DNA of 63,102 nt, filler included. It is 14 parts of 14 records of this genome, joined end to end, with 100 filler letters (N's around TTAATTAATTAA, not from the genome) between each part and the next. Parts side by side here need not be neighbours in the genome. Positions count along the whole stretch, not along the records: positions 1 to 3,594 come from SRR15195285_5004; positions 3,695 to 8,431 come from SRR15195285_5005; positions 8,532 to 15,110 come from SRR15195285_5022; 11 more parts are not named here. The stretch is one strand, 5' to 3'. The translations under genes and the position numbers were made by a program. How positions within the stretch are numbered: position 1 is the stretch's first letter; each line of letters opens with the position of its first letter. Of this stretch, positions 1-11,900 are shown one piece after another. The notes beneath the pieces are model-generated. The model did no database searches and was not told where the DNA came from. It was given only the letters and a program-made list of their open reading frames with translations.

Positions 1-242
1 TCCGGCGCTTATCGATTGACTCCAAGATCAACGCCGCTTCGCCGGTGGCGGCGGGGGTGGCCCGGCCGCGCAGAGCACGAGAGTTGCCACCAACAGCAAC
101 CTGGGCACAACGGCACATCGAGTTTTGGCCGCGGGCGCTCTCCGGTACACTGAAAAGCACTCGTTCGGGAGAAAGGATACCCCGCCTCGGAGGCCACGTG
201 GACCCCCGCATGCGAGCTGCATAGCACTGAGGCGGCGGGGCC

Positions 243-1574
243 ATGTGCGACAGCGCTGCCGCGGGGACGGACGGTGGCGCGGACGACTCGGCCCTGCGCA
301 AGCGGATCGGATGGCAGCTGGTGTTTGGCACGGGCATGCACTTCATCGGCATGATGATCGGGATGCAGGCCGAGCAGGAGATCTGGATCCAGCACTTCGC
401 TGGGGACTTCGCAGCCAACGCAAGCATGACTGGGAGGCTGCAGTCGATCAGTGGCATCATCAGCTTCGCCATAAACCCGATCATCGCTGCAGCTTCAGAC
501 GCTTTTGGTCGTCGTCCCTGCATGCTCGTGGCTCAGGCTACAGCGCTGTGGCGCTGCGCTGCGATGTCTGCGAATCCGTCGATAACGAACCTTATCATCG
601 GCGATCTATCCCGCAGCCTCACGATGTCTACATGGTTCATTGCAGCGCAGGCGTCCTTAGGGGACCTGTATAAGACCGAGCCGAAGGTGTACGGGCGTTT
701 CCAGTCGTTCTTCCAGATGATGCCTCCAGCAATGTCTATCATCTGCCCGATGCTAGGTCAGACACTCGCTGCTTGTAGCCTGCGGCTTCCGTACGTGGTG
801 GGGACATTGATGTACCTCATCAACATGGTGAATGTCTGGCTTGCGATACCAGAGACCTGTGACCAGGTGGCGCGCGTACCGTTCAGTATCCGAGGATTCA
901 ATCCGCTCAGCTTTTCGAAGCTCTTCGTGAATGGTTCTCGCTTGCGCCTACTTGCCCTGGCAGAGGCTCTTTCGGCGTTGGCAGACGGACGTTCTACCTT
1001 TCAGGTCGGAATGCTAGACCGCCGCTCGAGACTGGGCTGGGACATGAAGCAGGCGGCCCAATTCCAGAGCTTCGCGAGCGGCCTCTACGTTCCAGGTTTC
1101 CTCCTCGTGGCTCCGATGGTGAGTGCGCTCGGTACTGGGCAGTCTTATTTCATTGGCTGTTTCTCACAGGTGGTGCAGAACATTCTCTATGGTCTGAGCA
1201 GCCGGACCTGGCACTACTACGCCACCGTCTGCTTCACCTCTCCTACCCGAGCGCTACCACAAGTCGCTCTAAAGACGGTGACCATGCAGTGTGCGGTTGA
1301 CGTTGGCATGGCTCAAGGCGAACTACAGGGGGCACTTTCAAACCTCCAGACTGTCTGTCGGATCGCAGCGCCGATGATCTGGCCCAATATCTTTGCTTGG
1401 GGTACGAGTCGAGGAATGCCACAGGTGTTGTATTTCTCTGCGGCAGTGGCCAATCTAGTGCAGCTGCAACTATCGACTGTCATCCTCCGCGCTGACAAGC
1501 TTCGCCTGAAGCCCTGCGACGCTGAAGCTCCGCCACGTGAGAAGCCACGAAAACCGACGCAGAAAGATAGCTAG
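243..1574 (+). CDS. Major facilitator superfamily transporter (TetA/MFSD14-like)
   Basis: Intronless 443-aa ORF with many hydrophobic segments and MFS motif A-like 'AAASDAFGRRP'; 'QGELQGALSNL' lies near the C-terminus. Confidence 0.85.
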   Translation: MCDSAAAGTDGGADDSALRKRIGWQLVFGTGMHFIGMMIGMQAEQEIWIQHFAGDFAANASMTGRLQSISGIISFAINPIIAAASDAFGRRPCMLVAQATALWRCAAMSANPSITNLIIGDLSRSLTMSTWFIAAQASLGDLYKTEPKVYGRFQSFFQMMPPAMSIICPMLGQTLAACSLRLPYVVGTLMYLINMVNVWLAIPETCDQVARVPFSIRGFNPLSFSKLFVNGSRLRLLALAEALSALADGRSTFQVGMLDRRSRLGWDMKQAAQFQSFASGLYVPGFLLVAPMVSALGTGQSYFIGCFSQVVQNILYGLSSRTWHYYATVCFTSPTRALPQVALKTVTMQCAVDVGMAQGELQGALSNLQTVCRIAAPMIWPNIFAWGTSRGMPQVLYFSAAVANLVQLQLSTVILRADKLRLKPCDAEAPPREKPRKPTQKDS

Positions 1575-1755
1575 TCGTTGCCCATACGCAGTGATACCTG
1601 GCAGATACCTCATCGTTACCATTATTTCATTAGTTAAAGTTACAATATGTAAATGCATCATTTTTCGATGCAACTATCGCTCTATCCAGCACGCCGTTTG
1701 AAGCTATCGGTATGCCGTGTCAGCCGTCGGCAAAAACGCAACTGGTACCCAGCAG

Positions 1756-3541
1756 TTAGTAGTCATCAACCCCAGGAGCGAACGCGTCGACGAAATCTGC
1801 GATATCCGATCCACCCGAGGAGGAAGAGGAGCAGCACCTATTCGTATCATCGTCATCATGTTTCTCCTCTTTTGTTGCACCTGCCATCTGAGCGATGCTT
1901 CTCGGATTGAGCACAGTGCGATTCCCTGCCCCTGTGGCACCAATTGCTCTACCGCCGCCTCTGCTGCTGGCAGACGCGGTGACCCACAAGCCTGTTCTCC
2001 TATCGAGACGCTGCGGGTTGACGCAGCGCGGGCATGAGCACGAGAAGTTGTGGTTGCAGACCAGTGAGTCCTGTCGTACGCTGGGATCAAGAGAAGGGTT
2101 GACATAGCTTGTGCTCAACTCCATGCCTCGTTGAATAGGACGCCTTGCGACCACCTGCATTGCATCGGCACCACGCATAGCAACAATATGGTCAACGATT
2201 TAAAGGGTGCACCATCGTGTACAACAAACAACCGCACGGGCCTAGCAGAAGCGATAGCTCAGACAAATTGTAATCAGCAGACGGTTGTCGTCAAAGAAAT
2301 GCACAGCCGCGGATGCCGCAGCGTATGCGATTCAGTGGAAAGAAGGTTGTCGATGTCATCATCGCGCTCACTCGCCGCAAGAGGCTGGCAAGAAATCGGA
2401 TCAGAATGGCGTCCTCACTCACCTGAATTAGAGAATTATCAAAGTGGTACCCCTCAACCTCGATATTGAAGTCGCAAGAGTGGTTGATCTTCGAGTGCAC
2501 AGCGTACATCGCGCCCACCGAGACCCCGCAAATGCCACGGATGAGCTCGTCCATCTCGCCCGGAGCACATGTCTCTCCGCCATCGCTTTGAGCTTCGTGT
2601 GCGTCCTTCACAAGCTTCTGCACCGCTATCCGCACGGCTGCACGCCTCTGCTCGTCGCCCTCCTGCCGTAAGCGGCTCATGAAAATGTCGAACGGGCTCC
2701 GTGGTGTAATTCGTATACAGTTTGCAAACAGCACACTGAGGACGAACTCTACCGCGCCAATACCGCCAGCCCAGACTTGCTCGTCCGTGCTCATACCAAT
2801 CGCTTCCACTACCAGCGACCAAATCAACGCCCTGTCCATTGCCTTCGGTGCCCCGTCCCTCGGTGCAGTCGCGTAGTTGCCCCACTGGAGCTGAGTCGCT
2901 CCGACCAACGCGTCCTCGAACGATAACATAACACGCAGCTCGGTGTTGTTGCCTGCCCGGAGCTCGGACACCGCCATGGCGATTAGCTTGAGCACCATGA
3001 GTGGATACTCGGCGCACCGGTCTAGTGCCCCGTCGGTGAACTCTTCGCAGTATGCACGCAGCCTAGCGAAGGCCTGCGCCTTCTTAGGCAGCACAAGAGC
3101 CGCCTCCGTCTCCTCCTCGAAATACTCCATGAGCTCATCCTTGGCTGCTGCAACCGGCACCGCCGCTGCTGCCGTCCGCAGGCTCTCCGCGCCACCGTCG
3201 CAGAGGACCCGGTGGTAGCTGGCCGCTGCAGTTGCGCACTGCTCGCTGCAGTAGCTCTCGGCGCAGTCCGGGCATTTGATCGTCGCTGGAGAAGGCCAGT
3301 GCTGCAGGCTGTCCGGGGGCAGCCCGGGCAGCGGCGGCGCGGTGGAGCGGCAGCAGTGTGCGCAATGCGGCACCGCACTGAGCGTCACGCACACGCGCGG
3401 ACACTCCGTGAAGACCACCTCCCCCTCGGCGATCGCCCTTGTCGCCTCCAGCCCATTCCCCTTCACGCCACACTCCCTCACCACACACGGCGGCGGCTGG
3501 TACGCGCCGTGCCACGCCGCCGGCAGCACGGCCTGCGCCAT
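1756..3541 (-). CDS. SET/MYND-domain lysine methyltransferase (SMYD family, SMYD5-like), 2 exons
   Basis: Motifs 'KGNGLEATRAIAEGEVV', MYND-like CAHC/CPDC/YCSEQC/YH and 'SKINHSC'. GT-AG intron 2422..2155 joins '...NSLIQ' to 'VVARRPIQRGMELSTSY...FSCSCPRC' (SET end and post-SET) in frame. Exons 3541-2423 and 2154-1756. Confidence 0.9.
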
Positions 3542-3571
3542 CCCGCGCCTCAGCCCATCACCTCAGCCCAT

Positions 3572-3594
3572 CCCCCCCCCCCCCCCCCCCCCCC
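3572..3594. repeat. poly-C run at contig end
   Basis: Homopolymer directly before the spacer. Confidence 0.9.
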
Positions 3595-3694
3595 NNNNNN
3601 NNNNNNNNNNNNNNNNNNNNNNNNNNNNNNNNNNNNNNTTAATTAATTAANNNNNNNNNNNNNNNNNNNNNNNNNNNNNNNNNNNNNNNNNNNN
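3595..3694. other. Artificial contig spacer (first of 13; others listed in summary)
   Basis: N44-TTAATTAATTAA-N44 with stops in all six frames, repeated identically 13 times. Confidence 0.99.
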
Positions 3695-3721
3695 CAGCAG
3701 CAGCAGCAGCAGCAGCAGCAG
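3695..3721. repeat. (CAG)n microsatellite at contig start
   Basis: Read directly; a second (CAG)n starts contig 4 at 15211. Confidence 0.9.
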
Positions 3722-3949
3722 GCCGCTCGCCACCTCGATTTCTCAGTGTACACTGTACACCCTGCCGACCCCTTGAGTTTGTCGCTCTCTCCGAGGGGAC
3801 GCTGAAATGGTGCGATTTTCCGAAGCCGGCTGCAGAAAAATGCAGAGACTAATGTACACTCTACCGGGTCGGTCCACGTGTGAGCCCGAGTCGCACCGGC
3901 CAGGGGAGCGGCGAGCGTTTTCGAATTTCGGAACTGCTCAGTGCTGATC

Positions 3950-4033
3950 CGACGCGCGCGCGCGCGCGCCGGCGGTGATGCTCGCGGCGCGCGTGGCGCG
4001 CGCGCGCCGGCGCGCGCGGATGGATCGCGCGTA
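3950..4033. promoter_or_regulatory. CG-alternating island upstream of the GH10 gene (putative promoter)
   Basis: (CG)n tracts about 150-220 nt before ATG 4176; similar tracts precede other genes in the window. Confidence 0.4.
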
Positions 4034-4175
4034 CTTGTACACCTGGTTGTACCATCAGGCATGCAGTTAGGAGTTAGCCGCCGGATCCGGCGGCGCGCCA
4101 ACCAATTTCAAGCTGTTCAATCCGGCAGGCGGTGCCCTCAGCTTTTCAACCACGCACGCACACCAATCACCATCC

Positions 4176-6234
4176 ATGCAGGCCTTCCCGATGCTTCTGC
4201 TTGCGACTAGCAGCGCCAACGTTGCTGTACCCGCTGTGCAGCTGGCACCCACACTGGAAGCCTTTAAGCTCGTGGAGGCTGGTGAGGCCGTCGTCACCAC
4301 ATCATCTGGGCCAGGTGGCACGTCCGACCCGGCCTTGCAGATCAACACGACGGCGGCTGTCGCCCAGCCGTACATGCTGGCACTTGGTGCGCCGGCACTC
4401 GACACAGTGTCGAAGGACGACGTTCTTTACTTGACTTTTCAGGCGCGCGCCATGGCCCCCGCGGATGCTCACGTTGGCGTCGCTCTTCAGGGCCCCTCGC
4501 CTGGCTACCAAAAGGCCGTCGACGTGTCGTTCATGCTCAACAGTTCCTGGCAAAATTTTTCCATCGCCGTCGCGAACGAGGCTCTCGTCGGAGCATCTGC
4601 ACCAGGAATGATGCAAATTTTTGTCGGGTATCAGCTGCAGACCATTGAGATCGCTTCGCTCTCGCTGCTCAACTACAAGGGCACGAAGACGCCGGCCGAC
4701 TTCCCCACGTGCTGTTTCAACTACCCAGGTCGCGAAGAATCTGCGGCATGGCGAGGGCCTGCCGCAGACCGCATTGTGAAGCTGCGCAAGGCTCCGCTCC
4801 AGGTCACGGTCGTGGATAAGTCCACGGCCACCCCGATTTCTGGCGCATCGGTGGTGTCAAATATGACACGACACTTGTTCCGCCATGGTAGCTGCCTGCC
4901 GACGGCGATGGTGCTGCAGCAAGATGACGACGGCGACACGTACCGGCAGCACGCCTTAGAACTGTTCAACCACGTTGGCTTTTGCAATGGTTTCAAGTGG
5001 CCAGCTTGGGAGATTCCCAGTGAGCGAAACGATACCCTGAAAGCTTTGAGGTGGGTTGCGGCGCACAACTTCAGCGTCCGAGGCCACAACTTAGTATGGC
5101 CGGGTTGCTCATCCGGCTTGCTCCCACCGGACGTCTGCGGTCTCGAGAGCAATCCTGCTGCGCTTCAAACTCGTATCCTAACACACATCACGGACGAAGT
5201 CACGACGCTGCAGAAGATGTTTCCGGGGCTGATCGAGGAGTGGGACGTGGTAAACGAGCCAGTGGAGCAGCATGATCTGATGGATGTGCTGGGAGGTGAA
5301 TGGGCTGTTGCATCGTGGTTGAACGCGACGGCGGTGGCAAATCCGGCGGCGGGTCGACGGCTGAACGACAACGGCGTTTGCAGCGCAGGGGCTGTCGGCG
5401 GTGGTCAGGAGTGAGTACACACTCCATCTTTGTCTGCGTCTATTTGCAAACTACCATGCTCCTGCCTTTTCCCGACTTGACGCTCTTCCTGGTATACGCA
5501 GGTATTTCTACTCTCACTACATCCCCTCCTTACGACGGCTGGGTGCACCCGGAGTAAACATCGGCTGCGAATCTCACATAGCCAGCTCGCCACCTGACCC
5601 AGCAGATGTGCTGCAGCGGCTGGATGCCCTCCACGCCGACGGCATTGGTGTGCGTGTTACCGAATTCGACATTGACACTCCCGACGACGAAGTGCGCCAT
5701 CTCGCCTTGCCCAAACAACTGCTGAATATCTCGCGGCCAGGACCCTGGATAGGCATCCGACTTGCTTATCCCACCATGCGTGCTGTGTGGTGGCACCGCA
5801 GATGTATGGTGACTTTCTTCGAGATTATCTCACGTTGATGTTCTCGCACCCTGCAGTTGATGGATTTGTCATGTGGGGTTTCTGGGACAAAACTCACTGG
5901 AAGCACAACGCGGTGTGCTAGCCATTACCATTGTTTTCTGGTGTCTGCAAGCCTCGGTCTGGTGCTGACAATGAAGTTCGTGCACGGTGCAATACTGCAG
6001 CCGCTTTTCAGCGCATCGTGGCACCCCAAGCCTGGCCTCGCGCACTGGAAAGACCTGCTCTTCAATCAGTGGTGGTCGAACGAGGTAACTACCACCAACG
6101 ACAGTGGAATCGCAAGCTTCAACGTTTTCAAAGGGGACCATAGGATAACTGTTTCCCACAGTGGTGCGTCCAAGGTGGTCGATGTGGTGGTAGAAGGCGG
6201 AAAATCGGGTCAGCACATTACGGTGCATCTATGA
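4176..6234 (+). CDS. Secreted GH10 glycoside hydrolase (endo-1,4-beta-xylanase-like) with N-terminal CBM-like domain, 4 exons
   Basis: Signal peptide, 'VRGHNLVWP', acid/base 'WDVVNEP', nucleophile 'VTEFDI', 'FSHPAVDGFVMWGFWD'. Introns 5411-5501, 5692-5801 and 5913-6000 all restore the frame. Confidence 0.92.
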
Positions 6235-6290
6235 GCCGATGGCGCGACTTTGTTTCGCTAGTCAAATCTAACGTGCAACGGAAAGTCAAG

Positions 6291-6371
6291 AACACCTGCA
6301 GCTTGACAGCAGCTGCACGTCATCTGGGGGTGTTGCAGTGGGCTCGGGCGAATGGTTGTCCTCGACCTGAA
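6291..6371 (+). pseudogene. Isolated ankyrin-like repeat fragment (GHLEVLQWARANGCPW type)
   Basis: Translates 'NTCSLTAAARHLGVLQWARANGCP'; single degenerate copy with no surrounding gene. Confidence 0.55.
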
Positions 6372-6810
6372 CGGAGCGCGCGCGCGTGCAGTGGAGTCAT
6401 GCCCATGCTGATGCTGCAAGGTGAATTGAGAATGGTACTGTAGACTACCATACTCCAGAAATAGTACGTGGTCCCAGTGTATCAAGCTATGCCAGCATCG
6501 CAGATGGTTCCAGTGCCCGCGGCGTTGATGACGAGCGATTATCAACAGCTACGATCGTATCGATAGGCGAGCAGCACGCAGTGCTCGCGAGTAGCCATCG
6601 ATTCTCGCGACTGTACTGGCCGTAGGAGCGGCGTAGTCGTGGCCCGCCGCCACTGCCGCTGCCGCCTTCGTGCCCCCCGCTGGCTACGCAACTGTCGGCC
6701 ACGCGATCGCGGACAACCGCTCTGCGATCGCCCGGGTCCAGGTAGTATTGATGAAATCTGCTTAGGCTGTCAAAGTGCAGAACCACGGGGAAGTGGTCGT
6801 TGCGTCGATA

Positions 6811-8431
6811 CTACATGTCAACGACAGGCTTCACCTCGCCACCACTTGTGCCCGTATCGTTGCCGCCACCATCGTTCTCGGAGTCACTCAGCCGGGGACT
6901 GTCAGTCAGTATCAGACTATCACCACGAGTTCGCAGGAGCTCCTCGCATTGTACTTGGCGATGTGCTTGCGCCAGCTTCAGTGCTGTGCGGTTGGCTTCA
7001 TCTTTTGTGTTGCGTTTCGCGCCGTAGCGCAGTAGCAGCTGCACTGTTTGCGTGTGACCGTGCTGTGTGGCCGCCATCAGGGCAGTTTTCTTCCCACGCA
7101 GATAGCCCAGACGGTTCGGATCTGCTCGACCCTCAAGTAAGTGACTCACCACGACAGCGTGCCCATTGGCTGCCGCTCGATATAAGGCGGTGGTTTGGTC
7201 TGCATTCGCTTCATTGGGATCTGCGCCACGATCGAGCTTCCGGCGCACAGCCGCTGCATCGCCAGACGCAGCCAGGTTGAAGATTCTTGGCACTGGCTTC
7301 GGCTTAGGTAGCACAACTTCCTGCTGTAGTAAAGATATGATCGCACCCCGTGGGGAAGAGTGATCGCGCGCTCGCTGCAGGTCCTCTGCACTAATAGATG
7401 GTCTTTGCTCAGCCAGGTCGACCAGAGACTTCACGTCCATCTGCTGCAACTGTGCCAATCGGATGCCCCTCTGTCGCTCGGAATCTTCTTCCATCAAGCG
7501 TCGCTTTGCGACTGCTGCCTGCTCTCTCTCCAAGTGCTGCCACCGATTTTCAATGAGCAGCTGCAACAGCGACTCTCGTGGGGCATCGGTATTCCGTGCT
7601 TTTTCCACCTGTGATTGGGAGCAACCTGTCTGCTCTGCAAGCAACCGTAGTCGTTTCACAGGGAGCGATTCGTACTCGGCGCGCCACTGCCTCCACCTCG
7701 CTTGCTTCACAGCACTGATTGCAGAAACGTCGGTGGCAGTACCAGCGCTATTTTCCACCAGACCGCTGTCGGCAGTACGTCGATGCCGATCAGCAGGCCG
7801 AGGTGACGGCGAGGATGGCAGACTAGTCAGCCGACCTGTCGACGCTCCACCAAAGCTGGAAGAATGACCCGGAACTGCACAGTATACACACAGAGCAAAC
7901 GACATTGAGTTCCTGTGCAGCTACAAACAACTCTTGGACGTACACTGTTGGCAGTTTTGCACCAGCGGTGGAGGGAGTGTCGGAGCGTTGAGATACGTAC
8001 GCGCGCCGTGACCCCACACAGCTTCGTGCATGTTAGAGGCAGTGCCAGCGTCAAGCATCCGCGCTAGCCGCCGCTCCAACACTCGGACGTGCTGCACTGC
8101 CTCCCGTTTCTCCGCTGCTAGAGCGCCGCTCCGCGCGCGCTCTACCTTCAAACTATTCGACAAGCTGGCCACTAGCTGCCGCAACTTCTTGTTTTCGGCC
8201 GTCACCGAGTCCGTGGAATCATCGTCTTCCTCGGACATCACAGTGATAAGGGATGGCTCTTCAGGTTCTTGAGCCACCTCGCCAGACATGCTCACCGGCG
8301 CTGCTGCAGGCTGACGTGCTAGTGGAGGCGCAAACGGCTTCTGTAACACTGGCTCTCCAGCGTCGTTTGCTGAGTTGGAGACAATTGGTTGCCCTCGAAG
8401 TGGCTCAGGCTCGGGCTCGGGCTCGGGCTCG
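6811..8431 (-). CDS. Ankyrin-repeat protein with coiled coil and two helical repeats; 5' partial, at least 2 exons
   Basis: ANK repeats 'TALYRAAANGHAVVVSHLLEGRADPN' and 'TALMAATQHGHTQTVQLLLRYGA'. The upstream exon (ORF 7921-8349) is open to the contig end through an EPEPEP repeat. The 3' end may include another exon toward about 6490. Confidence 0.75.
8409..8431. repeat. (GGCTCG)n hexamer repeat, encodes EPEPEP on the minus strand
   Basis: Read directly at the contig end. Confidence 0.85.
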
Positions 8432-8744
8432 NNNNNNNNNNNNNNNNNNNNNNNNNNNNNNNNNNNNNNNNNNNNTTAATTAATTAANNNNNNNNNNNNN
8501 NNNNNNNNNNNNNNNNNNNNNNNNNNNNNNNGCAAACTCAGACTTCCTGGAATTCCACTGGGAAATACGGTCGAGTTTGTACCGGAATCGCTTCACTACA
8601 AACTCAACGTAAAGTGCATACTATTGAATGAGGAGAACTGCATAAAACTGCAAGTTCGCCCTGCGACGATGATTGTACATGTACGGAAAACTCCTGGAAT
8701 TCCTACGAGTTTCGGATCCGGACACATAACTTAAGGACGTGCCT

Positions 8745-8842
8745 GCGAGCGATCGCGAGCTCGCGGCGCGGCGCGCGCGCCGCCGACGCGCGACGTCGCG
8801 CGCGCGCCCCAGCGCCCAGCAGGCAGCGGCGGCGCGAGCGCT
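8745..8842. promoter_or_regulatory. CG-alternating, palindrome-rich island upstream of the GH2 gene (putative promoter)
   Basis: 'cgcgagctcgcg' and 'cgcgcgacgtcgcgcg' lie about 110-210 nt before ATG 8954. Confidence 0.4.
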
Positions 8843-8953
8843 ACCTACTGTGCTACGCTCTTCCTGAGTACGTACAGCTGCTGGAGCATTCTCGATCCGT
8901 CACACTAAGCAACGTCGGACGGGCATCTGTGGTGCCGACCCTCCCGCCGTGTA

Positions 8954-11900
8954 ATGGCCAGAATGGCGATTCTCTCCCTCCTCGCTGTACTGTCGACCTC
9001 CACCGGCGCGTTCACGGTGGCGCCGCCGACGCTGGGCGATACGACTATGGGGGCGGCTGCAGGGCGCGCGGTGGTGCCCTTTCAGTACGCTTGGCGTTTC
9101 CACTACGGCGACGACCCATCGTCGCCACCTGGCTCCGGCCCTGGCACGGCCGTCTTTGAGGAAGACTTGGCCAACTACAGTGTCTGCGAGGGTATGGAGC
9201 ACGCACCGAATCGCTTTTCCTTGAAGGACTGCCGGATAGCATGCAGCTACGACCCGGACTGCCTCGTGTGGCAGGCCTTCCCGATTGAGCACGGTCGTCT
9301 CTGCTACCAGGGCTACTCTGGAATGAACATCACGTGCACGCCGCCAGACGGCGAGGCACCTAGTTTCATGGGTGGCGGGCGGCGGACTGCCGCTCCAGCT
9401 CCGGCTTTCCGCACTGTGAGCGCTCATCGGCCCTCTCCAGCCATAAAACCCAGCCGTCGCCCCTACACGTGCGCGTGCTCCTACAACACCGTGGATATCG
9501 CTCCTCTTAATCACCCGCCTTTCGTGTCGTGCTCCGCAGGACTATCTCTTCGCGACAGCCGACGCTACGTCTGACATCGATCACCAGTGGGACATCGTCG
9601 ATGCGCCTCACGATTTCATTGCGGAATACGGCAACTTCACAGAGGACTCGTCTGACCTGCACCACGGCTACCTACCACGCAATGTGTCCTGGTACCGAAA
9701 GCACTTCACGCTGCCCGTTGGTTGGCAGTCCGACGGCGGAGCAACGTTCGTGCACTTCGAGGGCGTGTTTCACCACGCGACCATTTTTCTGAACGGAAAA
9801 TATCTCATGTCGCACGAGTGTGGCTACACAGGCTTCGACGTTCGGCTTGACAACGCAACTGGCATTCGCTTTGGCAAGGAGATGGAGAATGTCCTCTCGG
9901 TACGAGCAGATGCGAGCTTTGGCTCAGGACACTGGTACGAGGGAGGTGGCGTTTACCGTCCGGTGCACCTGGTTCACGTAGCACCTACACACATCACCCT
10001 AGACGGGCTTTTTGTACCACCCGAAGGCAATGGGTCTGTGATCCAGGCGTCTGCCGAGCTAGAGACCACAGGTGGAAAGACGGATGCTTCCGTGCGCTTT
10101 AGTCTTTTCGAGGTGGGTGGGTTCACAACAAAGCCACCGATTGCCATCGGCATGTCAGAAAAGGCGAGCATCCCCGGTGAAGGCGGTGGCACGGTGATGG
10201 TATCGGCTCACATCAAGCCGCCTGCGGGTGCTGTCAAACAATGGACGACGAAGCATCCACAGACGTACTCAGTCCTAGCTGAAGTGCTAGTGGACAACAA
10301 GGTGGTTGATTCTGTGAAAACAACCGTCGGCTTTAGGACCACGACGTTCAGTGGGGCTGAGGGCACGCCACCCTTTACACTGAACGACCAACCACTGCAC
10401 TTTCGGGGATTCTCCCACCATAATTCAATCGGTGGGCTTGGCGTTGCCATTCCGGAGCGCGTGCAGCTCTTTCGAGTGCAGGCTTCGCGCGCGATGGGTT
10501 CGAACATGTGGCGTACCTAGTGCACTCCGACGAATGCAATGCTGTTCGTACGCCCACCGTGTCACCTGTGTTCGTTTGATAAGATTTCTTTGGTTGTTGG
10601 AACAGGTATGTCGCACAACCCGTACGATCGGGCACTCTACGATCTGCTCGATGCCACAGGTCAGATGTGTTGGGACGAAAATCGCGACTACGGTGCCAAG
10701 TAAGTATTCCGCGAACCAATTGTGTATCAACGAAGTATTCAGAATTTGTTCACACTGGAATTCTCGCTCATGGTGGAGCAGGTACGGCAGCGGTGTCTAT
10801 GCTGTTGCCATGCGCGATATGGTGAAACGAGATCGGAACCATGCCAGCGTCATCATGTGGAGCTTCTGCAACGTGCGCTTTCTGTAGCTTCCACCCTGCA
10901 CAGTCGCATAATAATACCGCACAGGTGCAAGTGACTCAATATCTGCTGACCCGTGCCACTCAGGAGGCTGAGTGTGAACAGTACGACAGCGACTACTCCG
11001 GGGCAGCCTTCCGCGCTGCAGCCAAGGGCGTCGACCCGACACGCCCAGTTGCCGCAAACGGAGCGATGGGTCAGATCCCGCTTGCCCAGCTCGACATTTG
11101 GGGTGGATCCCACTGGAGCAACTCATCCTTTGCAAAAGCCCATGCGCAGAACGCAACGAAGCCTGAGGTGCTGAGCGAGTGTTGCTCTTGCACGTCGCAA
11201 CGGACTGATCGAGACCTGGACGCCAGTTGCATTGGCCAGCAGAACTCACCAGGGACAATCCCGACCGTCATGGGCTCTCTTGGAGTTTGGACCTTGATGG
11301 ATTATTTCGGAGAACCCGCGGGTCAACCCTTGCACGCCTGGCCTCATGTCAGCTGCGACTTTGGGCAGTTTGATATCGCTGGTCACCCAAAGCCTCACGC
11401 TTACTGGTATTCGGCCAACTGGCTTCAGGGCTACGATGAGACTGAGCCAGGACGGCCAGCACTGCCATTTAAGACGGTTGCTCGTATCCTTGAGCTCCCA
11501 GGGATGGCTACGTCGCCGGACCATGTGATGGCCAGCACAACAGAGGGCACCATCGAGGCAGTGACAACTGCAGCTGAAGCCGAGCTGTTTTTGGATGGTG
11601 TCAGCCAAGGCGTTCTACCAACGCAGCGCAACGGACGCAATGAGATTCAGCCGACGGAGTGGACTGTGAAGCCAGTGTTAACACAGCACAAATCCCAGCA
11701 CAGATCGTTAGGGCAGTCAGTATGTTGGATTGGCCATGCCGGAGAAGGGATCGGCAAGTGCGGCCCACCACACAGAGGGACCTGGGTAGGGGGGCAGCGT
11801 CATCTCGGAAGTGGGGAGTGCACCGGCCTGGCGTCGTTTCCAATTAATGCGACTGGCGTGCAGTGCCACGATTTGGGCCGCATTCCTGCCGCCAAGTCAC

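Noticed and set aside
243..1574. Tetracycline resistance gene
   Set aside because: Only general MFS similarity; such transporters are ordinary in eukaryotes and there is no mobile context.
8532..8720. Possible transposon or MITE end (cctggaattcc twice, aaactc motifs)
   Set aside because: Only short repeats at a contig edge; no second terminus, target-site duplication or transposase is visible.
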